From Gemmatimonadales bacterium (GTDB lineage Bacteria; Gemmatimonadota; Gemmatimonadetes; Gemmatimonadales; GWC2-71-9): a DNA stretch of 64,000 bases. Under the pieces are notes generated by a model. That model did no database searches, was not told the DNA's origin, and was given only the letters and a program-made list of their open reading frames with translations. The position numbers and the translations under genes are program-made. The stretch's first letter is position 1. Each line of letters opens with the position of its first letter. Shown piece by piece: positions 1 through 8,787 of the stretch. Location: contig OZ252244.1 in assembly GCA_965249575.1 (NCBI GenBank), forward strand, positions 3,160,702 through 3,224,701, in the 5' to 3' direction.

Positions 1-135
1 TCGGGTGTGTGGGGGGCGGCCGTAGACCTGGAGCAAGACACGGCCGACATCGATTTCGACGACCGGCGAGCCAAAGCGGAACAATTCGTCGAAGCGGTGC
101 GGCACGCGGGGTACGAGGTCCAGGTCCAGGGATGA
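1..135 (+). CDS. Heavy-metal-associated (HMA/CopZ-like) domain protein, 3' part only
   Basis: Frame 1 reads SGVWGAAVDLEQDTADIDFDDRRAKAEQFVEAVRHAGYEVQVQG*, matching the HMA C-terminal pattern (GV..a.Vdl...AGY). TGA at 133-135 overlaps the next ATG. Confidence 0.6.
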   Translation, partial: SGVWGAAVDLEQDTADIDFDDRRAKAEQFVEAVRHAGYEVQVQG

Positions 136-1169
136 GCACGCCGACCTGGACGGCGGCGTCCTCGATTCCCTCGGATCTTTCGCGCGAACAGCTTCTCGAG
201 ATCTACTACTACTTGCGTCTCACCCGATCGCTCGAAGAGCGGCTCGTGAGGCTCCAGCGTCAGGGGAAGGTGATCGGGGGACTGTACCGCTCGCTCGGTC
301 AGGAGGGCGAGAGCGTGGGCAGTGCCTTTGCGTTGGGCCCCGGCGACATCCTCTCACCCCTCATACGCAACCTCGGGTCCATGCTCCTCCGCGGGGCGCA
401 GCCCGTCGATGTGTTCCGCCAGTATATGGCGAAGCGGCAGAGTCCCACCGGGGGCCGGGAACTGAACATCCATTTCGACGATCTGGAGCTCGGCTACCTG
501 GGGCCGGTCTCGCCCCTCGGCGACATGGTGGCGGTCATGGCCGGCATAGCCCTCTCGTTCAAGATCCGGAGGGAGCGTCGCGTGGGCATGGTCTATGTCG
601 GGGACGGGTGCACGAGCACCGGTACCTTCCACGAGGCAGTCAACCTGGCGGCCGTTCAGCGGTTGCCGCTCGTCGTCGTGCTGGAGAGTAACGGGTACGC
701 GTACTCCACGCCCACGGTCAGGCAGACCGCGGTGACACATTTGGCAGACAAGGGGAAAGCGTACGGCATTCCATCGGTGACGGTCGATGGGAATGACGTT
801 TTTGCGGTTTACGAGGCTGCAAGAACCGCCGTGCGTCGCGCGCGAGCCGGGGAGGGCGTCACGTTTCTCGAGGTCGAAACGTATCGGCGCAAAGGGCACG
901 CGGAGCACGACGACCAGCGCTATCAGCCGCGAGACGAAATCGCACAATGGGAACGTAAGGACCCTATCGTCCGGTACGTTGCCCGCGTGACTGGTGACGG
1001 TTGGGTGGAATCGGCGGAGTTGGCGGAAGTGGATACTCGCGTCGACCGCGAGTTGAACGCCGCCGTTGGAGCCTGTGAGGGGGAACCCCTGCCCGAAGGT
1101 GGCTCGGCGCTTTCGGCAGTCTATCGCGACCCGCCGAGTGCCGACTCTCTGTGGTTCAGGGGGCTGTAG
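132..1169 (+). CDS. 2-oxoacid dehydrogenase E1 alpha subunit (TPP-dependent)
   Basis: TPP motif GDG...N (VGDGCTSTG...ESNGYAYST) and TYRRKGHAEHD loop. ATG 132 chosen from the ATGA overlap. Substrate (pyruvate vs branched-chain) not resolved. Confidence 0.9.
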   Translation: MSTPTWTAASSIPSDLSREQLLEIYYYLRLTRSLEERLVRLQRQGKVIGGLYRSLGQEGESVGSAFALGPGDILSPLIRNLGSMLLRGAQPVDVFRQYMAKRQSPTGGRELNIHFDDLELGYLGPVSPLGDMVAVMAGIALSFKIRRERRVGMVYVGDGCTSTGTFHEAVNLAAVQRLPLVVVLESNGYAYSTPTVRQTAVTHLADKGKAYGIPSVTVDGNDVFAVYEAARTAVRRARAGEGVTFLEVETYRRKGHAEHDDQRYQPRDEIAQWERKDPIVRYVARVTGDGWVESAELAEVDTRVDRELNAAVGACEGEPLPEGGSALSAVYRDPPSADSLWFRGL

Positions 1170-1241
1170 TCGTGAAGGGATCTTGGTCGAGGGGGCTCAC
1201 GTGCGCCGTGTGATCGGTTCGGGCCGGTGGAGGGTGTGGAC

Positions 1242-2222
1242 ATGGCAGAAGTGACGTACCTGGAGGCGCTCCGACAGGGGTTGTGGGAAGAAATGGAACG
1301 GGATGAGCGCGTGTTCATTCTGGGGGAGGATGTTGGTGTCTACGGGGGTGCGTTCAAAGTCACTGACGGGTTTCAGAGTCGATTCGGTGAGGCTCGGGTA
1401 ATCGACACGCCTATCAGCGAGGCCGCAATCGTTGGAGCCGCGGCAGGAGCCGCGCACATGGGCCTCCGGCCGGTCGCGGAGATGCAGTTCATCGATTTCA
1501 TTGCCTGCGCGTATGACATGCTCACGAATTACGTGGCAACGGCCCGGTATCGCTCGGGCTTATCCACACCGATCGTCGTGCGCGGGCCGAGTGGCGGCTA
1601 CGTTCGTGGCGGACCGTTTCACTCCCAGTCACCCGAAGCGGCCTTCCTTCACACGCCCGGCCTGAAGCTCGTCTGTCCCGCGACGGCACGCGACGCCAAG
1701 GGCCTGATCAAGGCGGCCATCCGGGACGAAGACCCGACCATCTACTTCGAGCACAAGTACCTCTACCGCCGCATCAAGGAGGACCTGCCGGAGGGCGAGG
1801 ACATCGTCACCCCGATCGGAAAGGCGCGCGTTGCCCGCGAGGGTCGGGACCTGTCGATCATCACTTGGTCGGCGATGGTGTGGAAGTCGCTCGAAGCAGC
1901 GGAGCAGATTGCGTCTGAGGATGGGGCGTCCATCGAGGTCGTCGACCTGCGGTCGCTGCTGCCGATGGATTCCGATGCAATCACGGCCACCGTAAAGAAG
2001 ACTAACAAGGTACTGATCGTACACGAGGACACTCGGACGGGCGGCGTTGCCGGCGAGATAACCGCACGCATCAATGAATCGGCGTTCGAGTGGCTGGACG
2101 GCCCAATCATGAGGGTGACCGGACAGGACACTCCGCTCCCGTACGCGCCTACGCTCGAAGACTTCGTCCTGCCGCAGACGGATGATATCGTCAAGGCAGC
2201 ACGGTGGTTGCTTGCCTACTGA
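1242..2222 (+). CDS. 2-oxoacid dehydrogenase E1 beta subunit
   Basis: GEDVGVYGGAF, DTPISE, AEMQFIDF and GGPFHSQS motifs. Confidence 0.92.
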   Translation: MAEVTYLEALRQGLWEEMERDERVFILGEDVGVYGGAFKVTDGFQSRFGEARVIDTPISEAAIVGAAAGAAHMGLRPVAEMQFIDFIACAYDMLTNYVATARYRSGLSTPIVVRGPSGGYVRGGPFHSQSPEAAFLHTPGLKLVCPATARDAKGLIKAAIRDEDPTIYFEHKYLYRRIKEDLPEGEDIVTPIGKARVAREGRDLSIITWSAMVWKSLEAAEQIASEDGASIEVVDLRSLLPMDSDAITATVKKTNKVLIVHEDTRTGGVAGEITARINESAFEWLDGPIMRVTGQDTPLPYAPTLEDFVLPQTDDIVKAARWLLAY

Positions 2223-2244
2223 TGCGGGCGGCTAGCTCGGCGGG

Positions 2245-2649
2245 TCAGCTGGCTGTGCCCTCCCAGTGGGCGCGCAGGTTGATGTGGCAACGGACCGCTT
2301 CGACGGCGGCCGCGTTTGTGAGTACGGAGCACCATCCCCCACCGCCCCAGAACGCGCTCCCGTCAATCGCCGCCGCGCCGTAGCCCGAGCGGCTCAGCGA
2401 TCGGGCTGCCGCACGACGGAGGAGCCTGAGCAGCTTCCGGCGTTCGAAGTCGGCGGGGACCAACGCGAGGACCTGCAGCCCATCTGGCCGGACCGTGATG
2501 GAATCGACGGTCCACCCGAGGTGACCGCACGCCTCACGCAGCGCCCGTTCGCAGAATTGCCGTGGCTCGGCTATCTTGAGACGCCTGCAGTGCCTGCGCG
2601 GCGTGCAAACGAAGTAGCACCAGTTGGTTCCGGTTGGCGTGAATCGCAC
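2245..2649 (-). CDS. IS200/Y1 (TnpA/RAYT-like) HUH-fold protein with catalytic residues substituted
   Basis: 134 aa from GTG 2649. YFVCTPRRH, ITVRPDGLQVLALVP (normally DHVH), FWGGGGW and VRCHINL (normally YI.NQ) follow the TnpA layout. The longer ORF call to 3033 is shadow overlap with E2. Confidence 0.55.
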   Translation of the reverse strand: MRFTPTGTNWCYFVCTPRRHCRRLKIAEPRQFCERALREACGHLGWTVDSITVRPDGLQVLALVPADFERRKLLRLLRRAAARSLSRSGYGAAAIDGSAFWGGGGWCSVLTNAAAVEAVRCHINLRAHWEGTAS

Positions 2650-2749
2650 GCGGTAATGTTGTCTCGCGGCGGCCCGCAGGCAGCGCCAAAAAACCGCGAG
2701 GACGGATGAAATCTGCCAGGGTTTGCCGAGGAAACGTAGGAGATTTCGT

Positions 2750-4102
2750 ATGGCGCCAGTAGATGTGATCATGCCGCAAATGGGCGAGTCCATCGCCGAG
2801 GGCACCGTGTCACGGTGGCTCAAGCAGGTCGGCGATGATGTCGATCGAGACGAGCCGCTCCTCGAGATCTCCACGGACAAGGTCGACGCGGAGATCCCAT
2901 CGCCGGCAAGGGGAGTGCTCACGGAGATCAAAGTTGGAGAGGGTGAAACGGTCGAGGTCCAGGCCGTCGTGGCCGTGATCGAGACAGAGAAGGCCGCGGC
3001 CGCCGCCTCGGCGCCCGCCGCCCCCCCGGACAAGACCCCAGAGCCGGCCGCTCAGCAACCGCCACCGGCGAGCGCTACTTCTGGTGCCGCTCCCCAACAG
3101 GCGGCCCCTGCCGCCCCCGCCCCGTCGGCGCTGCCCGCGCCCCGGCCAAGCGGCGATGGTGCGGAAACGACGGAGGAGCGACTCCGCCGGCGATCGACGC
3201 CCCTCGTGCGACGGATCGCGGCGGACCACAAGGTCGATATCGCGCCGGTGAGTGGAACGGGTTACGCCGGGCGGGTGACGAAGAGAGACATCTTGCAGTT
3301 CATCGAGGGCGGGGTTCCCGCGGTTGCCCCCGCGGCCGCGCCCTCCGTGGGCCGGCCGATGCCGGGTGCCATTGTCCACCCACCGGTCGAACCGTGGCCT
3401 GGCGATCGTGTCGAGCCGATGAGCAAGATCCGCAAGCTCACCGCCGATCACATGGTGATGTCGCGAAGGACTTCCGCCCACGTGACCAGCTTTTTCGAGG
3501 TCGATTTTACACGGGTGGCACAGCTCAGGCGGGCAAGGAAAACGGAATACGAGGAGCGAGGCGTCCGGCTCACGTATATGGGCTTCATCATCAAGGTGGT
3601 CGCAGACAATCTCCGGCGTCACCCCATCATCAACGCGTCGGTGAGCGGCGATTCGGTCATCTATCGCAAGCCCATCAACGTGGGGATCGCCGTTGCGCTG
3701 GATTGGGGTCTGATCGTGCCCGTCATCCGGAATGCCGATGAGCTCTCCCTCATCGGCCTAGCCAAGGCCATGGCCGACCTCGCCGACCGTGCCCGCTCGA
3801 AACGGCTCAATCCGGACGAGGTCCAACAGGGGACCTTCACGATCACCAATCCCGGTGGCTTCGGGTCCTACATCGGGACGCCCATCATTTCGCAGCCCCA
3901 GGTCGCCATCCTCGGTGTCGGTGCCATCGAGAAGCGGCCCAAGGTGCTGACGCTCGACGACGGACAGGATGTGCTCGCTATTCGGACCATGTCGATGCTC
4001 AGCCTGTCGTACGACCACCGGGTGGTCGACGGGGCCGACGGTGATCGGTTCATGGCCGACGTGAAGCGCGACCTGGAGGATTTCAGCGAAGGAGCCCTGT
4101 AG
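2750..4102 (+). CDS. Dihydrolipoamide acyltransferase (E2), single lipoyl domain
   Basis: Lipoyl motif EISTDKV, E3-binding GTG..GRVTK.D, catalytic DHRVVDG. RBS AGGAG precedes ATG 2750. Confidence 0.92.
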   Translation: MAPVDVIMPQMGESIAEGTVSRWLKQVGDDVDRDEPLLEISTDKVDAEIPSPARGVLTEIKVGEGETVEVQAVVAVIETEKAAAAASAPAAPPDKTPEPAAQQPPPASATSGAAPQQAAPAAPAPSALPAPRPSGDGAETTEERLRRRSTPLVRRIAADHKVDIAPVSGTGYAGRVTKRDILQFIEGGVPAVAPAAAPSVGRPMPGAIVHPPVEPWPGDRVEPMSKIRKLTADHMVMSRRTSAHVTSFFEVDFTRVAQLRRARKTEYEERGVRLTYMGFIIKVVADNLRRHPIINASVSGDSVIYRKPINVGIAVALDWGLIVPVIRNADELSLIGLAKAMADLADRARSKRLNPDEVQQGTFTITNPGGFGSYIGTPIISQPQVAILGVGAIEKRPKVLTLDDGQDVLAIRTMSMLSLSYDHRVVDGADGDRFMADVKRDLEDFSEGAL

Positions 4103-4378
4103 GTGGCTCGGAGGGCGATCGAAGTTGAGGGCGAGCGCTGGTTGATTTATCCGTCGGGCCGGGTCACGGCTTACTCACGAGATGAGTTCGGTCTTGTGTT
4201 CGAGAAGGGCACGGGCGCGTCGCGGATTCGGCGCGTGACCCGGTACTCGCCGTTGGGCGCGCGACGCTGGGATGCGGCTCTAGCCGAGCTGTCAGACGCG
4301 CGCCTCCACGAGTTTTTTCGGCAATCGCAGCCCGCGTGGACCAGCCCGGAGACGCGCTACACCCGCCCATCGCGGTGA
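4103..4378 (+). CDS. Hypothetical protein (91 aa)
   Basis: Abuts E2 stop and overlaps the PHP start (GTGA); protein-like composition. Confidence 0.65.
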   Translation: MARRAIEVEGERWLIYPSGRVTAYSRDEFGLVFEKGTGASRIRRVTRYSPLGARRWDAALAELSDARLHEFFRQSQPAWTSPETRYTRPSR

Positions 4379-5220
4379 CGGCCGCGCGGGCCGACCTCCA
4401 TCTCCACACGAGCGCCTCCGATGGCGACGCGTCGCCCACCGAGTTGGTGGAGCACGCGGTCGCCGCGCGCGTGGACGTCATCGCGGTCACGGACCACGAC
4501 ACGCTTGCCGGTACGAGCGAGGCGTTCGAGGTCGGGGCCAGTCTCGGCGTACGCGTCATTCCGGGGTGTGAGTTCAGCGTGGCAGGACCTGGAGGCGAGC
4601 TGCACCTACTCGGGTACTTCCTCTCAGCGGAGGCCGCCGAGCTCGAAGCCTTTCTGGATCGTCAGCGATCGGACCGCCACCGCCGCGCCTCCGAGATCGT
4701 CAGCCGCTTGCGGGGTCTAGGGGTGGGGATCACGTACGACGACGTGCTGGCAGTAGGGGTCGGCGACGCGATCGGGCGACCACACGTCGCGCGAGCGCTC
4801 GTGGCACGCGGGGCGGTCTCGGGCATTCAGGAGGCGTTCGACCGCTACCTCGCCCATGGACGCGCGGCGTTCGTGCCCAAGCGTCTGCCGAGCCTCGAAT
4901 CGGTCACCGCATTGGTCCGGGACCGTGGTGGAGTCACGTCGGCCGCACATCTCGGCAACCCCGGGCCGCCGATGCTCGATCGGCTCAAGCGCGCGGGGGT
5001 CGATGGGGTGGAGGTCGTTCACCCCTCGCACGACGCCGCGACGACGGGACGGCTTGCGAAGCGCGCTGATGCGCTCGGGTTGCTCAAGACGGGGGGGTCA
5101 GACTGGCATGGGGTCGGGGGGCGTTCCGAGCTGGGATCGCACACGGTGCCCTACGGCTGGGTCGACCAAATGGAGCGCAGGCGGCAGGAGCGCGTACGGG
5201 ATCTCGGTGTCACGGGCTGA
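4375..5220 (+). CDS. PHP-domain phosphoesterase (TrpH/YciV-like)
   Basis: DLHLHTSASDG, VTDHDT, GRPHVA and GGSDWHG motifs. Confidence 0.88.
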   Translation: MTAARADLHLHTSASDGDASPTELVEHAVAARVDVIAVTDHDTLAGTSEAFEVGASLGVRVIPGCEFSVAGPGGELHLLGYFLSAEAAELEAFLDRQRSDRHRRASEIVSRLRGLGVGITYDDVLAVGVGDAIGRPHVARALVARGAVSGIQEAFDRYLAHGRAAFVPKRLPSLESVTALVRDRGGVTSAAHLGNPGPPMLDRLKRAGVDGVEVVHPSHDAATTGRLAKRADALGLLKTGGSDWHGVGGRSELGSHTVPYGWVDQMERRRQERVRDLGVTG

Positions 5221-5314
5221 ACGTTGCTTGGCCGGGTCCGCCAGGCCGCCAGCGATGAGGTGGGCAGCCGAGAGACTCTGAGTCCAGGGGCGGCTTATCG
5301 ACATTACGGAGCGG

Positions 5315-6028
5315 GTGATTCTCGTTACGGGCGGTGCGCGTCGCATTGGCCGCGCCCTCGCGGAAGGGCTGAGCCTGGATGGCGCCCGCATGGCCATCCA
5401 TTACCACGAGTCGGAACGTGGCGCGCGGGAGCTCGCCGACCGCCTGCTGGAACAGGGACCCGAGCGCGCCCAGACGTTCCGAGCCGACCTGCGTGACCCA
5501 GAAGAGGCGGGCCGCCTTCCGAAGCGGGTCGTCGAGGCGATGGGTCGGCTGGATGTCCTGATCAATTCCGCCGCGGTCATGCACGCACAGCCCTTCGGCC
5601 GGGTTACCCCTGATGCCTGGGATGCCGTGCTCGACCTCAACCTCCGCGCGAGTTTCTTTACTGCACAAGGAGCCTCGAGCGCGCTGCGCGCCGCCCGAGG
5701 CCGCATCGTGAATATCTCCGATGTCGCGGCCTTCGAACCCTGGCCGAACTACCTCCCGCATTGCGTTAGCAAGGCGGGGCTGGAGATGCTGACCAAGGGA
5801 CTCGCGCGTGTCCTGGCGCCAGAGGTGATGGTGAACGCCGTCGCTCCGGGGCCGGTGCTTCTCCCCGAGACGTGGGACCAGCAGGCCCGCGAACAGGCTG
5901 AGCGGTCGACTCCCCTCAAGCGGATCGGCCGGCCCGAGGATGTCCTCGCCGCAGTGCGTTTTCTGCTCGAGGCGGACTACACGACCGGGGCTACGATCGT
6001 GGTGGACGGCGGGAGGCTGGTACGGTGA
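5315..6028 (+). CDS. SDR oxidoreductase, pteridine-reductase (FolM/PTR1)-like
   Basis: TGGARRIG, IHYHES, VNISD and NAVAPG motifs. The YxxxK position reads HCVSK. Confidence 0.8.
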   Translation: MILVTGGARRIGRALAEGLSLDGARMAIHYHESERGARELADRLLEQGPERAQTFRADLRDPEEAGRLPKRVVEAMGRLDVLINSAAVMHAQPFGRVTPDAWDAVLDLNLRASFFTAQGASSALRAARGRIVNISDVAAFEPWPNYLPHCVSKAGLEMLTKGLARVLAPEVMVNAVAPGPVLLPETWDQQAREQAERSTPLKRIGRPEDVLAAVRFLLEADYTTGATIVVDGGRLVR

Positions 6029-6408
6029 GCCCCAGGCGCGGCCGGACCTCGCCGGCGCAGGTTATCGATGCGGGGGCGCGGGGCATGGAGGCGCGTCGCG
6101 CCGTCGCGTTGTTCAACGGCGGCAGCTTCTGGGAGGCTCACGAGGCCATCGAAACGATTTGGAGGTCCGTGGCTGATGAGGGCGAGGCATTGGTACTCCA
6201 GGGTCTCATTCAAGCGGCCGCCGCGCTGCTCCACCGGGGGCGAGGGAACTCACATGGCGTTACGGTCGTTGGGAAGGCGGCGCTTGTGAAGTTGTCCGGC
6301 CGGCAGCATCCGGCCGTAGAGTTCGAAACCGAGGAGTTTTACCGCGGGTTAGAGCGGGCGCTCCGCGACGGTGGGCCACCTCCCACATTGAAACTGAGGG
6401 CGAAGTGA
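6025..6408 (+). CDS. DUF309-family protein
   Basis: FN.G.FWEAHE..E..W and LQGLIQAAAALLH signature. Confidence 0.8.
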   Translation: MSPRRGRTSPAQVIDAGARGMEARRAVALFNGGSFWEAHEAIETIWRSVADEGEALVLQGLIQAAAALLHRGRGNSHGVTVVGKAALVKLSGRQHPAVEFETEEFYRGLERALRDGGPPPTLKLRAK

Positions 6409-7376
6409 CGAGTCACGGCACGGGTGAACTCCGGTACGACCTGATCATCGTTGGCGGTGGTCCGGCGGGCCTCTGCGCAGCTATGTATGGTGGAAGGGGC
6501 ATGCTCAAGACCCTGTTGATCGAGCGGGGGGCCCCCGGCGGCGAGCTGCTGAACACAGAGCTGATCGAAGATTACCCGGGTTTCGAAAGCATTCTCGGGC
6601 GGGATTTGGCCCAGAAGATGGCCGATCACGCCAAGAAGTTCGGCGCCGAGTTCGTGATGGATACCGTTGACGCCGTTACGAAACGAGCGGACGGTGACTT
6701 CGACGTCACAACGCAGCTGAGCAAGACATACACTGCTCCGGCCGTGATCGTGACGGCGGGGGGAACGCCCGACAAGCTCGGGGTGCCGGGTGAACTGGAG
6801 TTCGCCGGGAAGGGCGTTTCCTACTGCGCGGTGTGCGACGGCGCGTTTTTCAAGGGCGAGGTCCTCGCCGTTATCGGTGGCGGCGATGCCGCGGTCGAAG
6901 AGGCTGACTACCTCACGCGATATGCGGAAAAGGTCTATATCGTGCACCGAAGGGATCAGTTCCGGGCCTCGGCTCTTATCCAGGAACGGGCTTTCAAGAA
7001 CCCCAAGATCGAAGTGATCTGGAACAAGACGGTGGACGAGATCGCCGGTGAGCCATCCGGCGTGACGGGCTTGAAGCTCAAGGACACGGTGGGTGGGGAG
7101 CAGTCCGAGCTGGCGGTGGGAGGTGTGTTCATCTTCATAGGCTTCACGCCGAACACGGGAGTGATCCGCGGACACTTCGAGCACGACGACGCCGGGTACG
7201 TCGTCACCGATTCCGAAATGATGACATCGATTCCCGGGCTATTCGCAGCCGGTGACCTTCGCGTCCAGTTGACGCGGCAGATCACGACCGCGGTCGGGGA
7301 CGCCACGACGGCGGTCATTGCGGTGGAAAAGTACCTGGCGGCGCGAAGGGAGACAGCTGACGTTGGCGGGTCCTGA
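6405..7376 (+). CDS. trxB: Thioredoxin-disulfide reductase
   Basis: GGGPAG, GVSYCAVCDG, GGGDAAVEEA, HRRDQFRA and GLFAAGD motifs. Confidence 0.95.
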   Translation: MTSHGTGELRYDLIIVGGGPAGLCAAMYGGRGMLKTLLIERGAPGGELLNTELIEDYPGFESILGRDLAQKMADHAKKFGAEFVMDTVDAVTKRADGDFDVTTQLSKTYTAPAVIVTAGGTPDKLGVPGELEFAGKGVSYCAVCDGAFFKGEVLAVIGGGDAAVEEADYLTRYAEKVYIVHRRDQFRASALIQERAFKNPKIEVIWNKTVDEIAGEPSGVTGLKLKDTVGGEQSELAVGGVFIFIGFTPNTGVIRGHFEHDDAGYVVTDSEMMTSIPGLFAAGDLRVQLTRQITTAVGDATTAVIAVEKYLAARRETADVGGS

Positions 7377-8010
7377 GGTCATCTGCATTACGAACGGCGC
7401 ATTCGCGGAGAATTGCTACGTCGTCGGCGATCGGGAAAGCGGCGAGGCGGTGCTCGTCGATCCCGGTGAGGAGTCCGACCTGTTTCTCCGCCGCCTTGAC
7501 TCGGAAGGTTTCACGCTGCAGGCCGTGTGGCTCACGCACGCGCATCTCGACCACATCCTGGGTGTCTCCACGGTCGTACGCGAGCGTAGCGTGGACGTCT
7601 GCTTGCACCCGGCCGACCGCTCGCTCTACGAAGGGATTGCGGAGCAGGGCCAGTGGTTCGGGTTGCTCATCGATGATGTTCCCCCAGCCACCAAGCCGCT
7701 GGCAGGCGGCGACCGGATGTCCGTCGGCGGGCTGACCTTTGACGTGCTGGAAGTCCCCGGCCACAGTCCCGGCAGCGTGGCTTTCGTCGGGCACGGCGTG
7801 GCGCTGGTGGGCGACGCGCTCTTCGCCGGGTCGATCGGCCGGGTCGACCTGCCCGGCGGGGATGCCGATCAGCTGCTGACCTCCATCAGAACCAAGCTGC
7901 TCACGCTTCCAGACAGCACGGTGGTCCACTCGGGGCACGGTCCGGAGACGACCATCGGTCAGGAGCGCGCGTCGAACCCGTTCCTGACGGGAGCGATGCG
8001 GGTTGTCTAG
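7363..8010 (+). CDS. MBL-fold metallohydrolase (glyoxalase II/YcbL-like)
   Basis: THAHLDH, PGHSPGS, GDALFAGSIGRVD and GHGPETT motifs. TTG start is uncertain. Confidence 0.85.
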   Translation: MAGPEVICITNGAFAENCYVVGDRESGEAVLVDPGEESDLFLRRLDSEGFTLQAVWLTHAHLDHILGVSTVVRERSVDVCLHPADRSLYEGIAEQGQWFGLLIDDVPPATKPLAGGDRMSVGGLTFDVLEVPGHSPGSVAFVGHGVALVGDALFAGSIGRVDLPGGDADQLLTSIRTKLLTLPDSTVVHSGHGPETTIGQERASNPFLTGAMRVV

Positions 8011-8209
8011 CGGCAACGCCAGTGAATGGGAACGCGGTTTGGTGCCCGATCACGCACCACAGGACCTGCGGTCGCCCGGGGTCACGGCGCCCGCGCCCGG
8101 GCCCACGTGTCTCCGGTGCGGGTTCGTCGTTTCCTCCCGCCCCTGGGGCTGCAAGAACCCCTGCGCCAACTGCGGGTTCATGTATCCGCTGGGGGACTGC
8201 TCGGACTGA
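8003..8209 (+). CDS. Small Cys-rich zinc-finger-like protein
   Basis: CLRCG...GCKNPCANCGFMYPLGDCSD*. Alternative start GTG 8042. A decayed copy lies at ~12262-12390. Confidence 0.65.
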   Translation: MSSGNASEWERGLVPDHAPQDLRSPGVTAPAPGPTCLRCGFVVSSRPWGCKNPCANCGFMYPLGDCSD

Positions 8210-8235
8210 GCCGCGCTAGGCCTCGCGTGGGGGAT
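8084..8235 (+). repeat. Outer direct repeat, left copy (A)
   Basis: Aligns with 12262-12412. Core 8147-8235 matches 12324-12412 (offset 4177), e.g. ttcatgtatccgct-g/a-ggggactgctcggac. Confidence 0.85.
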
Positions 8236-8300
8236 TCTCGGCCACGCGATCGCATGGATGCTCACCGACGGTTGCGCGTTACGGCCAGTGTGACCGCCCC

Positions 8301-8720
8301 TCAACGTCCGCCGGCGACGCCCTCCACCTTACGTCCAATTCACCCGCCGTGTCGGTCACCCGCTGCGCATGCACGTTGAGGATGGCCAGCGCCGCAAACA
8401 CGCCAGCCCTTTCTTTGTCGGGCGGCGGCTTAATCTTCCGGCGGATCCGGCGCCGAGAATGCATCGGCTAGGTCGGGGCCGATGAACGCATCGATCACCA
8501 GATGTTCCGAGCCCACGTTCTGAATCTCGAGATCCAGCGTGGCGCGCTCGCCCAGCGCGACCTCGCCGAACGCGAGCCGCTCGGCGGACAGCTCGATGTC
8601 CGGTCCGTCGGATACGTGATTGGCTGTGACGCGAGATTGGGGTCCGGAGGCCGTCGGTAGGCCGCGTTCGGCACAGGCGGTGGCGAAGGTGATCAGGGCG
8701 AGCACCAGTCCGACGGCCTT
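8301..8720 (-). pseudogene. Decayed lipoprotein with Ig-like (ASH/choice-of-anchor-like) domain, copy 1
   Basis: Lipobox FATA-C, then IELSAERLAFGEV...LEIQNVGS. No start codon where copy 2 has ATG. Stop at 8430; apparent continuation in shifted frames to ~8301. Confidence 0.55.
8476..8713 (+). repeat. Inner direct repeat, left copy (B)
   Basis: Aligns with 11915-12154. 45 nt are identical (8637-8681 = 12078-12122) and another 21 nt are identical (8613-8633 = 12054-12074). Confidence 0.9.
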
Positions 8721-8787
8721 GGGGGTAGCTGGGCGAATTATTTGTCCCTCCGCGGCTGCGCAGGATCGGTGCAATATCCGTACCCTC

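Noticed and set aside
8207-8240. Selenocysteine or read-through at the zinc-finger TGA, since the repeat copy has CGA
   Set aside because: The copy is otherwise decayed, CSD is a plausible natural C-terminus, and no convincing SECIS-like hairpin was seen.
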